From positions 416,001 to 480,000 of the forward strand of contig CAWDTA010000005.1 in NCBI GenBank assembly GCA_963805085.1: a stretch of 64,000 nt of DNA, written 5' to 3'. Position numbers and translations under genes: made by a program. Positions 10,227 to 20,150 of this stretch are shown piece after piece. The stretch's first letter is position 1, and each line of letters opens with the position of its first letter. The DNA comes from an uncultured Veillonellaceae bacterium. GTDB lineage: Bacteria > Bacillota > Negativicutes > JARBTT01. The notes beneath the pieces were generated by a model. The model did no database searches and had not been told where the DNA came from. It saw only the letters and a program-made list of their open reading frames with translations.

Positions 10227-11099
10227 ATGGATAGAAATGGTCAATGCTGGTGTGGTAGTGGTAAAAAATATAAAAAGTGTCATTTGAGTTTTGATGAAAA
10301 AATGGATAACATAAAACTAGATGAACTAAAAGGACATATATTACCACCACGCAGTATTATTAAAACACAAGCTGATATTGAAGGCATAAAAAAAAGTGCA
10401 AAGATTAATGATGCTGCTTTGGATTTAGTAGCTAGTCGCATCAAAGTTGGTATTGATACTGAAACATTAAATCAATTAGCACATGATTATATTGTGGAGC
10501 AGGGTGGGATTCCTGCTTGCTTAAATTATAGTGGTTATCCTAAGAGTATTTGTATTTCAATTAATCAGGTTGTGTGTCATGGCATCCCATCCAAAGATAC
10601 AATTTTAAAAGAAGGTGATATTGTTAATGTAGATATCACGACGATTTTAGATGGGTATTATGCAGATGCATCACGAATGTTTATGATTGGCAAAGTAAGT
10701 GAAGAGGCTGAAAAGCTTGTACGAGTAGCAAGAGAATGCATGGAAAAAGGTATCGCTGCGATTCAGCCATGGGGCTATCTAGGAGATATTGGTGCTGCGG
10801 TAGAGCACCATGCCCACGCAAATGGCTATTCTGTTGTAGTTGATTTGGGTGGGCATGGTGTCGGTAAGAAGTTTCATGAGGAACCATTTGTGCCACATGT
10901 AGGAAAACATGGCACGGGAATGTTATTGGTACCGGGTATGGTATTAACGGTGGAACCGATGATTAACATTGGCGGCTATGAAGTTTATACGGATAGTGAA
11001 GATGATTGGACTGTTTATACGGAAGATGATTCTTTATCGGCGCAATGGGAACATACGATCTTGATTACGGAAACAGGCGTTGAAATTTTAGCAAAATAA
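10227..11099 (+). CDS. map: Methionine aminopeptidase type I with N-terminal SEC-C motif
   Basis: CWCGSGKKYKKCH; CHGIP, DIVNVD, GHGVG, EPMIN, SAQWEHT. Confidence 0.95.
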   Translation: MDRNGQCWCGSGKKYKKCHLSFDEKMDNIKLDELKGHILPPRSIIKTQADIEGIKKSAKINDAALDLVASRIKVGIDTETLNQLAHDYIVEQGGIPACLNYSGYPKSICISINQVVCHGIPSKDTILKEGDIVNVDITTILDGYYADASRMFMIGKVSEEAEKLVRVARECMEKGIAAIQPWGYLGDIGAAVEHHAHANGYSVVVDLGGHGVGKKFHEEPFVPHVGKHGTGMLLVPGMVLTVEPMINIGGYEVYTDSEDDWTVYTEDDSLSAQWEHTILITETGVEILAK

Positions 11100-11113
11100 A
11101 TTGCAATAAGATA

Positions 11114-11157
11114 CCCAATACAAAAGCTTACTCTGCACAGGTAAGCTTTTGTATTGG
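11114..11157 (+). terminator. Intrinsic terminator of map
   Basis: ccaatacaaaagcttac-loop-gtaagcttttgtattgg. Confidence 0.8.
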
Positions 11158-11207
11158 ATATTTTTAAGATGAGATAGTTTGGTAAAAATAATTTGAAATA
11201 AATTATC

Positions 11208-11245
11208 TATTTGATATTGATTATCGATATCAAATATGTTATACT
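11208..11245 (+). promoter_or_regulatory. Fur box overlapping a sigma-A promoter (copy 1)
   Basis: GATATTGATTATCGATATC Fur-like palindrome; -35 TTGATT (11217), 17 bp spacer, extended -10 TGnTATACT (11240). Confidence 0.75.
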
Positions 11246-11251
11246 GTGTTC

Positions 11252-11330
11252 ATAGCTTTTCATAGAGGCTCTCCAAAATATAAAATACACAACAAAAAAA
11301 GCTTACTTATGCTCAGGTAAGCTTTTTTTG
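11252..11330 (+). ncRNA. Candidate Fur-regulated small RNA (~80 nt)
   Basis: Promoter with Fur box upstream, no sense ORF, own terminator (aaaaaaagcttac/gtaagcttttttt), contains UUUUCAU and CUCUCC. Confidence 0.55.
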
Positions 11331-11384
11331 TGCACTTTTTGCGGTGCGATAGCTTGGTATAAAATAATTTATAATAAAACATAT

Positions 11385-11421
11385 ATTTGATATTGATAAT
11401 CAATATCAAATTAGTTATAAT
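11385..11421 (+). promoter_or_regulatory. Fur box overlapping a sigma-A promoter (copy 2), driving DUF3793-flavodoxin
   Basis: GATATTGATAATCAATATC (17/19 to consensus); TTGATA (11393), 17 bp spacer, TATAAT (11416). Confidence 0.8.
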
Positions 11422-11470
11422 AAATTTAGTTTTGAATACAAATATAGTTATCGTTTAAGGGAGATGCTTT

Positions 11471-12040
11471 ATGAATGTAAATCAACGGTTCGAACAGCTA
11501 TTAGCTTTTCATTGTGCACCAACATTGGCAGGGATAAAATCAGCGAATCTGATAAGTTGCCAGAAAGATAAATTCGCTGATTTATTTTCTTTACTAAAAG
11601 AGTATGAATGTTGTTTAAATTGTAAAGATATTTTCTTTTCAGTTTTATCAAATACTACTAGATTTGTTGTGGTCTTGGTCTACAGGAAAACAAAGTTGGA
11701 AAAAGTCTTAAATCAGGCTGAGAGCCAAGGAATATTAAAAAAATTTGCTTATAGGCAAGGCGATAGTGTTGAAAAGCATCTTAATTATTTAAAAGTGCGT
11801 ATGGCTTTTACTAAGACATTTCCACATGAAATTGGTTTATTTCTAGGGTATCCAATAGAAGATGTTTTAGGATTTATTGAAAATAAGGGACAAAAATTTA
11901 AATTATGTGGTTATTGGAAAGTGTATTCTGACGAAGCGAAAGCAAGAAAAATGTTCGAAAGCTATACAAAATGCAGCAATGTTTTTTGCAAACACTTAAA
12001 CGAAGGGATTTCTATTAAAAAACTTTTAAAAGCTATTTAA
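11471..12040 (+). CDS. DUF3793 family protein
   Basis: HCAPTLAGIKSANL, FPHEIGLFLGYP, CGYWKVY. Confidence 0.9.
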   Translation: MNVNQRFEQLLAFHCAPTLAGIKSANLISCQKDKFADLFSLLKEYECCLNCKDIFFSVLSNTTRFVVVLVYRKTKLEKVLNQAESQGILKKFAYRQGDSVEKHLNYLKVRMAFTKTFPHEIGLFLGYPIEDVLGFIENKGQKFKLCGYWKVYSDEAKARKMFESYTKCSNVFCKHLNEGISIKKLLKAI

Positions 12041-12057
12041 AAAGAGGAGGAATAAAT

Positions 12058-12486
12058 GTGGATAAAATTGCAGTAATTTATTGGAGTGGATCTGGAAATA
12101 CAGAAAAGATGGCCAAAGCGATTGTAAAAGGTGTTAATCAGGCAGGGGAAGATGTAGATGTTTTTCAAGCCAGTGATTTTAGTGCTAAAGATATAAACGA
12201 ATATGAAAAAATTGCTTTTGGTTGTCCATCGATGGGCTGTGAAGTCTTAGAAGAAACTGAGTTTGAACCATTTTTTCAAGAAATTGAATCTGCCTTAAAA
12301 GAAAAGCAAGTCGCATTGTTTGGCTCTTATGGTTGGGGGGATGGTGAATGGATGCGTAATTGGCAGGAACGCGTTATTCAAGATGGGGCGAAGTTATTCG
12401 AAGAAGGGGTAATCATTAATGATAAGCCGGATCTTGCTGGAGAAGAAAAATGTACAGCTTTTGGTGAGAGGTTCGCAAACCAATAA
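12058..12486 (+). CDS. Short-chain flavodoxin
   Basis: YWSGSGNTEKMA, FGCPSMG, LFGSYGWG. Confidence 0.95.
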   Translation: MDKIAVIYWSGSGNTEKMAKAIVKGVNQAGEDVDVFQASDFSAKDINEYEKIAFGCPSMGCEVLEETEFEPFFQEIESALKEKQVALFGSYGWGDGEWMRNWQERVIQDGAKLFEEGVIINDKPDLAGEEKCTAFGERFANQ

Positions 12487-12539
12487 ATAAAGAGCCAAAC
12501 TGGTATGTAATATTTTTTACTACAAACCAGTTTGGCTTT

Positions 12540-12857
12540 TTAAGTTAAATCTCCGTGAATTGCAAGCCAGATACAAGGGGGATTGCTTGAAGTATATTCA
12601 ACTCGATGTTTTTGATGTGCCGGCAGCAGAAGAAAATCGCCAGCGATGAGCTTTTTAAATTTATCATATTCAAAGGTAAGGATTGCTTCTCCTTGTAGAA
12701 CGAATACCAATTCGTCTTGCGGTTGGTCGTAATAAAAATTGGTTGGCGATTTTTGTCCTGCTGAAATAATCCTTTCTACAGTTAGATTTTGATTTTCTAG
12801 GATTGTTTCAAACAGTTCTTCTTTGCTTAGCGTATTAGGCAATTGAAATAAATTCAT
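12540..12857 (-). CDS. Cupin domain protein
   Basis: ERIIS, YDQPQDELVFVLQGEA, PAHQKHRV. Confidence 0.85.
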   Translation of the reverse strand: MNLFQLPNTLSKEELFETILENQNLTVERIISAGQKSPTNFYYDQPQDELVFVLQGEAILTFEYDKFKKLIAGDFLLLPAHQKHRVEYTSSNPPCIWLAIHGDLT

Positions 12858-13034
12858 CGTAATTTCCTTTCAGTATATCAGTAATATAGATCATAAAAAG
12901 TTTAGTAGCTTGTCGAACAATGCTAGATGCTGTTGTTATAAATTCATAGTTTTGTGGTAATAATAGTGAAAAGAAAGAAAAACATTGTTGACAAAAAATA
13001 AAAAAACATATATACTATCTAAAGTAACGCAAGT

Positions 13035-13111
13035 GACTCTGTAGCTCAGCTGGATAGAGTGTTTGACTACGAATCAAAAGGTCGCAGGTTCGACTCCTGC
13101 CAGGGTCACCA
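13035..13111 (+). tRNA. tRNA-Arg(ACG)
   Basis: Cloverleaf, acceptor GACTCTG/CAGGGTC, anticodon ACG, encoded CCA. Confidence 0.97.
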
Positions 13112-13203
13112 TTTATTTTACTAAAAAAAATTGCTTTATACTAGATATTGATTTTGATAGAAATATCTGATAAAATGTCTAACATTGCCGGTATTATTTT
13201 TAT

Positions 13204-13280
13204 GGTGGCTGTGGTGAAGTGGTTAACACGCCGGATTGTGGCTCCGGTATTCGAGGGTTCGATCCCCTTCAGTCACCCCA
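13204..13280 (+). tRNA. tRNA-His(GTG)
   Basis: Cloverleaf with G-1, anticodon GTG, CCA. Confidence 0.97.
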
Positions 13281-13295
13281 CTAAAATTTTTATAT

Positions 13296-13371
13296 TGGGG
13301 CGTAGCCAAGTCGGTAAGGCACGGGACTTTGACTCCCGCATGCGTTGGTTCGAGTCCAGCCGCCCCAGCCA
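13296..13371 (+). tRNA. tRNA-Gln(TTG)
   Basis: TGGGGCG/CGCCCCA acceptor, anticodon TTG, CCA. Confidence 0.97.
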
Positions 13372-13378
13372 TATTTAT

Positions 13379-13454
13379 GATCCACTAGCTCAGTTGGTAG
13401 AGCACCTGACTTTTAATCAGGGTGTCCCGCGTTCGAGCCGCGGGTGGGTCACCA
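13379..13454 (+). tRNA. tRNA-Lys(TTT)
   Basis: Cloverleaf, anticodon TTT, CCA. Confidence 0.97.
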
Positions 13455-13566
13455 TTGAATTTAATGCTTTTCAGACATTTGTTTGGAAAGCTTTTTTGTT
13501 TTTAGCTATATGTAAAAATGAGTAATATAAATAAAAGTAGTCGGTTTAGTTTACTTTGGTAAAAAC

Positions 13567-13681
13567 TTGATTAATTAATATAATAATGTTAAAATTATTG
13601 TCGGTTACTCGTATTGGAGTCGAGTGAGGGCAATACTTAAGATGTAAGCTCTTTAAATTGTGATGATTTAAAGAGCTTTTT
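13567..13681 (+). promoter_or_regulatory. Promoter, structured leader and intrinsic terminator upstream of cbiK (candidate attenuator or sRNA)
   Basis: TTGATT-17-TAAAAT with extended TG; hairpin ttactcg/cgagtga; 13-bp terminator stem with U tract. Confidence 0.5.
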
Positions 13682-13791
13682 ATATGAAATAATATTTGAT
13701 AGCTGATCGTCATTAGGAGAAAGCAAGAGCTTTAATGTATTTTTAATGCAAAATTGAACCGATTTTTGTTAAGGGAGTGTGAAAGTAGATC

Positions 13792-14607
13792 ATGCCCAAT
13801 AAAAAAGCGATTATAGTAGTAAGTTTTGGTACAGCTAATGATGAAATCAGAGCCTTATGTATTGAAAGTGTCGAAAATAGAATTAAACGTAGCTTCCCTG
13901 AATATGAGGTAAAACGAGCATTTACTTCAAATTTTATTATTAAAAAACTAAGTGAACGGAATATATATATCGATACTTTACCCCAAGCACTAGAAAAGCT
14001 TAAAGCTGAAGGGGTTCAAGAAGTTATCATTCAATCGACACATTTAACGCCAGGGGAAGAATATGCGAATAAAGTCATTGCTGTAGCGGATGAGTATAAG
14101 GGTGCATTCAAAACGATAACGGTTGGTCGTCCTGTTCTAATGTTTGATGGCAGCGATCATACCACAGATGATTTTTCTATTGCGATACAAGCGATAAAAT
14201 CACAAATTCATTGCAATGAAGCGAATACAGAAGTTGTTTTTATGGGGCATGGTTCTCCTCATCAACATAATCCTGCATATGAACGATTGCAGAAAAAACT
14301 TGACGAAGCAGAAGAAAATATCACGATTGGTGTTCTTGAAGAAAGTGACTATCCTAACATAAAAGATGTTTTGGCTCGATTAGCAGGTAAACAGAATATA
14401 AAGAAGGTACTCTTGATGCCATTTTTATTAGTTGCAGGTAATCATGTTGTACATGACATGAATGGGGAGAAAGACAGTTCGTGGAAAAATACAATGACGA
14501 ATGCTGGCTATCTTGTTGATATTTATCTGCATGGATTAGGTGAAAATGTTGCCATGCAAGATATTTATGTGCAGCACATAAAAGATATCATTATAAACAA
14601 AACATAG
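13792..14607 (+). CDS. cbiK: Sirohydrochlorin cobaltochelatase, cytoplasmic paralogue
   Basis: VVSFGT, RAFTS, MGHG, LLVAGNH, GLGEN; no signal peptide. Confidence 0.9.
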   Translation: MPNKKAIIVVSFGTANDEIRALCIESVENRIKRSFPEYEVKRAFTSNFIIKKLSERNIYIDTLPQALEKLKAEGVQEVIIQSTHLTPGEEYANKVIAVADEYKGAFKTITVGRPVLMFDGSDHTTDDFSIAIQAIKSQIHCNEANTEVVFMGHGSPHQHNPAYERLQKKLDEAEENITIGVLEESDYPNIKDVLARLAGKQNIKKVLLMPFLLVAGNHVVHDMNGEKDSSWKNTMTNAGYLVDIYLHGLGENVAMQDIYVQHIKDIIINKT

Positions 14608-14870
14608 GTTATGATTGTATAATAAATATTTATATAGTTATTCGTAGTTTTCAATAGTTTGACAATTAGAATAACTATAGCAGTAAAGTTAGCTAACTAT
14701 GGCATTTTTATAGTAACAACAAATTGATTTGTGGCTGTATGCTTCTAAGGTGAGTGTTATTTATTTTAGGTCTAGTTATTTTTATAAGGTATATCTCTTA
14801 CGATGATCAATATTCATAGGATGATTATCGTGATTTTTCAGTAGTTATTAAATGATTTTGAGGTGGCAGA

Positions 14871-16832
14871 ATGTATAAAAGTCTTAAGACAAAACTTGTG
14901 GTATTATTTATTTTATTTGCATTCGTTCCGGTCGTTATTGGTACTGCATTGAATGCATATTTTAATGTTTTAGAGATGCGGCAAACAGCTTTAGCAGCAA
15001 ATAGTAATCTTACAAAAGAAATTTCCAATCAAATTAAGTCTTCGATGGATGACGCACAAGGGATCAATGAAGCATTAGCAGCAGCGCCAGCAGTGCGAGC
15101 AATGAATGCAGAGGCAATACAAGCTTTTATGATTGAAGTTCAGAAGAAAAATCCACAATTCGAATTGATCGCAGTACTAGATAAAAATGGCCAACAAATT
15201 GCGCGCACAAGCGGTAAAAATGGTGATCGTAGCGATCGTGATTATTTTAAAGAAGCAAAAAGTGGAAAAGTATGTTTTACTGATGCATATATTTCAGCAA
15301 CAACGAAAGCACTTTGCGTGACGATCTCCGCGCCAATTTTAGGCGCAGATGGCAGTATTGTTGGGGTAATCGCTTCAGATGTAAGCATGAAATCTTTGTG
15401 GGATATTACCGATGCAAATGTGATTGGTAAAACAGGGTACATTGATGTTGTTGATAATAAAGGGACAATTATTGCCCATCCTAATAAAGAAAAAGTATTA
15501 GCTAAAGAAAGTTTCAGTCAATATGAATATGTAAGCAAAGTCATTAACGGTCAAAATGGCTCGGTTGATGCAAACTCTACAATTGGTAATCAAAGCTTAA
15601 TTTCCTATGTGCCGGTTGAAAAATATAAGTGGGGTGTCATTGCTTATGAGCCAACCATGGAGGTCTATGCGCCTGTCATTAATAACGGTATCGTTATGGC
15701 TGTTATTGTGCTTTTATCTATTTTAATCAGTGGTTTTGTTGCCTTACGGTTAGCAAATAGTATTGTCAACCCAATTACAATGTTAATTGAGGGAGCGCAA
15801 AAGATATCCAAAGGCGATTTATCAAGTAAAATCAATGTGAATGGCGCTCTAGAAATCAATAAGCTTGCGCAAGAATTTAATCTTATGATTGATCATCTTC
15901 GCAGTTTAATTATGAAAACTACGGAAGCATCAGAAACTGTTTCAGCAGCATCACAGCAGCTTGCCGCATCGATTGATGCAGTAGGTCAAGCTACGCAGGA
16001 AGTTTCTGCGACAGTGCAGAAGGTAGCGGATGGGACGAATGAACAAGTTCGATTATCAGAGCATTCTGTTCAAGTGATTCATGGTATGATTGCGTACATT
16101 GAGAATGCCGCTAATGCCGCTGAAGGCGCAGTAAAAGTTACTGCTGATAGTAAGGAAACAGCCCATCAAGGCACGAAACAATCTGAAGATGCGATTGCTA
16201 GAATTGGTAATGTTCAGCAAGGGGTAAATGATAGTGCCGAAGTCATTAATCTTTTAGGAGAAAAATCAAGGCAAATTGGCAATATTATTGATGCCATTAC
16301 AGGTCTTGCTGGTCAGACCAATTTATTGGCCTTGAATGCCGCTATTGAGGCAGCTAGAGCTGGTGAGCATGGTCGTGGCTTTGCAGTAGTAGCTGAGGAA
16401 GTGGGGAAACTGGCTGAACAATCAGAACAGGCAGCCAGAGAAATTGCTGAAATTATCAGTTCTATTCGTCAAGAAACTTTAACGGCAGTGGAATCAATGA
16501 ATAAGGGAAGAAAAAATGTCGATGAAGGTGTCGTTGCAGTAGAAAAAGCAGGTGCTTCATTTCACGATATTTACAGCGCGATTACTGCGGCTAGTGAGCA
16601 GGTCAACAGTATTCTTGGCATTACCCATAAACAGAAGGAAAGTAGCTATAGTATGCAAGATTCTGTAGAAAAAATTGCTGATTTTGCCAAAGTAAATGCT
16701 GATGGAGCAGAAAAAGTAGCCGCTGCGAGTGAAGAACAAAACACAGCTGTTCAAGAAATTAAATCTGCTGCGGATGATTTGGCTAAAATGGCAGTTGAAT
16801 TAAGAATGGAAATAAGCAAGTTTTCAGTTTAA
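14871..16832 (+). CDS. Methyl-accepting chemotaxis protein with dCache sensor
   Basis: DRDYFKEA Cache motif, IIAHP, HAMP, MCP signalling motif. Confidence 0.95.
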   Translation: MYKSLKTKLVVLFILFAFVPVVIGTALNAYFNVLEMRQTALAANSNLTKEISNQIKSSMDDAQGINEALAAAPAVRAMNAEAIQAFMIEVQKKNPQFELIAVLDKNGQQIARTSGKNGDRSDRDYFKEAKSGKVCFTDAYISATTKALCVTISAPILGADGSIVGVIASDVSMKSLWDITDANVIGKTGYIDVVDNKGTIIAHPNKEKVLAKESFSQYEYVSKVINGQNGSVDANSTIGNQSLISYVPVEKYKWGVIAYEPTMEVYAPVINNGIVMAVIVLLSILISGFVALRLANSIVNPITMLIEGAQKISKGDLSSKINVNGALEINKLAQEFNLMIDHLRSLIMKTTEASETVSAASQQLAASIDAVGQATQEVSATVQKVADGTNEQVRLSEHSVQVIHGMIAYIENAANAAEGAVKVTADSKETAHQGTKQSEDAIARIGNVQQGVNDSAEVINLLGEKSRQIGNIIDAITGLAGQTNLLALNAAIEAARAGEHGRGFAVVAEEVGKLAEQSEQAAREIAEIISSIRQETLTAVESMNKGRKNVDEGVVAVEKAGASFHDIYSAITAASEQVNSILGITHKQKESSYSMQDSVEKIADFAKVNADGAEKVAAASEEQNTAVQEIKSAADDLAKMAVELRMEISKFSV

Positions 16833-17015
16833 TTTAAAGTACTTATGCGTGAATAAAATTTATTGTTCAATACTAGCTAAAGGTTATGAAATTTAGCTAG
16901 TATTGAACATTTTTGTATGTTATAGATGACCAATTGACAAGAACAAGAAGACGTGATAACATAACTCTTGAAATAAATGATTTTTATTTCACCATACAAA
17001 TAAATAATCATAATG

Positions 17016-17173
17016 AAACAGGTGCCCGTAAGGGCTTAATAGGGAAATCGGTTGAATGCCGGTGCGGTCCCGCCACTGTAATAGGGAGCAAATCCAAGGA
17101 ATACCACTGGAGAGTTTTACCTCTGGGAAGGTTTGGAGGAGCGATGATCTAAAGCCAGGAGAACTGCCTGTTA
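17016..17173 (+). ncRNA. Cobalamin riboswitch
   Basis: AGGTGC...AATAGGGAA...GCGGTCCCGCCACTGT...CCACTG...GGGAAGG...AGCCAGGAGAACTGCCT; terminator at ~17245-17281. Confidence 0.95.
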
Positions 17174-17322
17174 AAAAGTCACCGTTATGTACCTGCGAGC
17201 GATGGGGATGGGGATTTACATAGATATACATGTTAATATCTAAATAAGCCTTTTTTGCTATGCATAAAAGGCTTATTTTTTGTAGTGATATCTATAGAAT
17301 GAAAATAGTAGGAGGAAATTGG

Positions 17323-18216
17323 ATGAGATATGTAGTATGTAGTATTTTAATTGTTGTAGTTGCAATTTCGGCAATATTTATAACAGGGAATGCAAATGCT
17401 CATAAAAAAGCAATTGTAGTTGTTAGCTTTGGAACAACTTTTGATGATGCTAGAACAGAATGCATTGAAAGTGTTGAAAATAAAATCAAAGCAGCCTTCC
17501 CGGATTATGAAGTGCGTCGCGCTTTTACTTCAAGAATTGTTATAAAAAGATTAGATGAACGTGGTATTCATACGGATACATTAGAAGAAGTCTTGGACAA
17601 ATTGAAAACGGAAGGGTATACAGACATTGTTATCCAATCTACTCATCTGACCCCAGGAGAAGAGTATGATAAAAAAATTATTGCTCCTGTTAAAGAATAT
17701 GAGGCATCTTTCAAAAGTATAAAAATTGGTAGACCTATTTTAATGAATGATGGTTCAGATAAAACAACCGATGATTTTTCTGTAGCGATGAAAGCTTTAC
17801 AAACGCAACTCCCAGCATTAAAAGAAGGGCAAGAAGTTGTATTTATGGGACATGGCTCCCCACATCAACATAATCCAGCTTATCAAGCACTGCAAGAAAA
17901 ATTTGATGCAGCTGCATTACCTGTAACGATTGGTGTCGTTGAAGAGACCGATCATCCTAATTTCGAGGATGTAGTAGCTCGGTTAGCAGCAAAACAATCC
18001 GTAAAATCTATTATATTGATGCCACTTATGTTGGTTGCTGGTGAACATGCCAATAACGACATGGCTGGTAACCAAGATGATTCTTGGAAAAATTCATTAG
18101 AAAGTAAAGGGTATCAAGTGGATACTTATCTCCATGGGTTAGGTGAAAATAAAGCAATACAAGATGTTTATGTACAACATGTAAAAGACGCCATTGCGAG
18201 TAAGAGTGTAAAATAA
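17323..18216 (+). CDS. cbiK: Cobaltochelatase CbiK, exported paralogue with signal peptide
   Basis: Hydrophobic leader ending ANA, then a CbiK domain (MGHG, LMLVAGEHANND). Confidence 0.9.
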   Translation: MRYVVCSILIVVVAISAIFITGNANAHKKAIVVVSFGTTFDDARTECIESVENKIKAAFPDYEVRRAFTSRIVIKRLDERGIHTDTLEEVLDKLKTEGYTDIVIQSTHLTPGEEYDKKIIAPVKEYEASFKSIKIGRPILMNDGSDKTTDDFSVAMKALQTQLPALKEGQEVVFMGHGSPHQHNPAYQALQEKFDAAALPVTIGVVEETDHPNFEDVVARLAAKQSVKSIILMPLMLVAGEHANNDMAGNQDDSWKNSLESKGYQVDTYLHGLGENKAIQDVYVQHVKDAIASKSVK

Positions 18217-18457
18217 ATCATTAGAATTGAACGTTTCAATAAGAGTTGGAAATCATGCTTAAGGATTTTTACCTGTTAGTTTTCCTACAAAACGCAAAAA
18301 AGATAGAAAAATAACAGGTGAAATTGATTTTATATAGTATTTATAAGAAGTAATGAAACTATTACGTAGTTTGTTTATGCTCGGTGGCATGGCAAGAGTG
18401 ATACTGGCTGTTTTGCAGTAATTTAAATCATAGTTTTAAACAATTTAGGAGGAAATT

Positions 18458-19156
18458 ATGTCGGGTATATTTTATGGTATTGGTGTAGGTCCAGGAGATC
18501 CAGAATTATTAACATTGAAAGCAGTTAATGTGATACGCGAGGTCGATGTTATCATCGCACCTAAAACGGAAAAAAAAGAAGATAGTTTAGCTCTTTCTAT
18601 TGCTAGACCGTATCTAAAAGATAATGTAGAAATAGTGAAGCAGGTTTTTCCAATGGTTGTTAAGTTTGAACAATCCCCAGAAGCTTGGGAAAGTAATAAA
18701 AATGAAATTTTAGCACTTTTGCAAGCTGGCAAAAAAGTAGCGTTTTTAACCTTGGGTGATCCTATGTTTTATAGTACGTATATTTACGTGTTTAGATTAC
18801 TCGAAAACTGCGGTTATAAAATTGAAACAATTCCCGGTGTGCCAGCATTTTGCGCCATTGGCAGTAAATTGGGCTATCCGTTAGTAGAAGGTAACGATAT
18901 TTTAAGTATTATACCAGCAACAGCAACTGAGAAAAAAATCAAAGAAGTCATTGCTGTGACGGATAATGTTGTGATGATGAAAGTTTATAAAAATTTCCCG
19001 GAAATTGTCGATGTATTAACCGAGAATAAACTTACAGACAAAGCTGTTATGATTAGTAGATGTGGTTTGCCAGATGAAATAATCATTCGTGATTTAGAAC
19101 CTGCCAAGGAGCAGAAAGTAAATTATCTTTCCACGATCTTAGCACGTCGTAGATAG
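18458..19156 (+). CDS. cbiL: Cobalt-precorrin-2 C20-methyltransferase
   Basis: GIGVGPGDPELLTLKA, FLTLGDPMFYST, IPGV. Confidence 0.92.
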   Translation: MSGIFYGIGVGPGDPELLTLKAVNVIREVDVIIAPKTEKKEDSLALSIARPYLKDNVEIVKQVFPMVVKFEQSPEAWESNKNEILALLQAGKKVAFLTLGDPMFYSTYIYVFRLLENCGYKIETIPGVPAFCAIGSKLGYPLVEGNDILSIIPATATEKKIKEVIAVTDNVVMMKVYKNFPEIVDVLTENKLTDKAVMISRCGLPDEIIIRDLEPAKEQKVNYLSTILARRR

Positions 19157-19178
19157 TAATTTATCAGAGGAATACAAA

Positions 19179-20150
19179 ATGTTAAAATATAAAAATAAAA
19201 ATTTGTGTATGGCGATTGCACTTGTTAGCTGTTTTCTTATGGTAGTTGGTTGTTCTAAAGGTACAAAAGAAAATAGTTCAGTGGATATGCAGGGGTATCT
19301 TACGGTTACAGATGATTTAAATAGAACAGTAACTTTAGCGGAAAAGCCAGAGAGAATCATTGTTTTATCGCCCTCTTTTTTAGAACCATTGAACGCTGTA
19401 GGTGCGAAAATTATTGCTAGACCTAGTTCAAAAAATGCTGTGCCAGAGTTTGCACAAAACCTTGAAGATGTTGGAGCAGTCTATAATATTAATATCGAAA
19501 AGGTTATATCTCTTCAACCGGATTTAGTTATAGCCTATGAAGGTATGCATGACAAGTTTCTACCGATTCTAGAAACTAATAAAATTCCTGTCATTGTAAT
19601 AAAAATGAAAACCTATGAAGATGTGCTTGATAAAATTAAGTTGTTTGCTGATATTACTGGGGAAAAGCAAAAAGGTGAAGATCTAGCGAGATCGATGCGT
19701 GATAAAGTGCAAGCAGTTATCACGCATATGCCGAAAGATCATAAAAAAATAGCAATTCTTCATAGTACAGCGAAGAGTGTGACTGTAGAACTAGAGGGAA
19801 GCATTGCTGGGACAACGGCAAAAATGCTTGGTTTTGATAACATCGCTGCTAATAGTAAAGCCTTGGAAAAAGATCCAGATTCTACGCCTTATAGCTTAGA
19901 AAAACTGGTAGAAAGCGATCCAGATATCATTTTTGTTGTAACGATGGGGAGTATGGAAGAGATAAAAAAACGCATGATGGATGACGTTGAAAGTAATCCT
20001 GCTTGGAGTTCTTTAAATGCGATAAAAAATAAAAAAGTATACTTTTTGCCGCAAGAATTATTTTTATTAAATCCGGGACTGAAATATCCTGAAGCAATAG
20101 AAAACATGGCAAATTTGGTATATCCAGAGGTATTTGATCATGCAAAATGA
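19179..20150 (+). CDS. ABC substrate-binding lipoprotein (BtuF/FepB type)
   Basis: Lipobox VVGC; TVTDDLNRTV, PERII, NIEKVISLQPDLV. Confidence 0.9.
   Translation: MLKYKNKNLCMAIALVSCFLMVVGCSKGTKENSSVDMQGYLTVTDDLNRTVTLAEKPERIIVLSPSFLEPLNAVGAKIIARPSSKNAVPEFAQNLEDVGAVYNINIEKVISLQPDLVIAYEGMHDKFLPILETNKIPVIVIKMKTYEDVLDKIKLFADITGEKQKGEDLARSMRDKVQAVITHMPKDHKKIAILHSTAKSVTVELEGSIAGTTAKMLGFDNIAANSKALEKDPDSTPYSLEKLVESDPDIIFVVTMGSMEEIKKRMMDDVESNPAWSSLNAIKNKKVYFLPQELFLLNPGLKYPEAIENMANLVYPEVFDHAK

Noticed and set aside
13148-13525. 125-aa ORF
   Set aside because: Overlaps three tRNA genes; spurious.
16913-17231. ORFs on both strands here, and 25884..26069
   Set aside because: They overlap cobalamin riboswitches.
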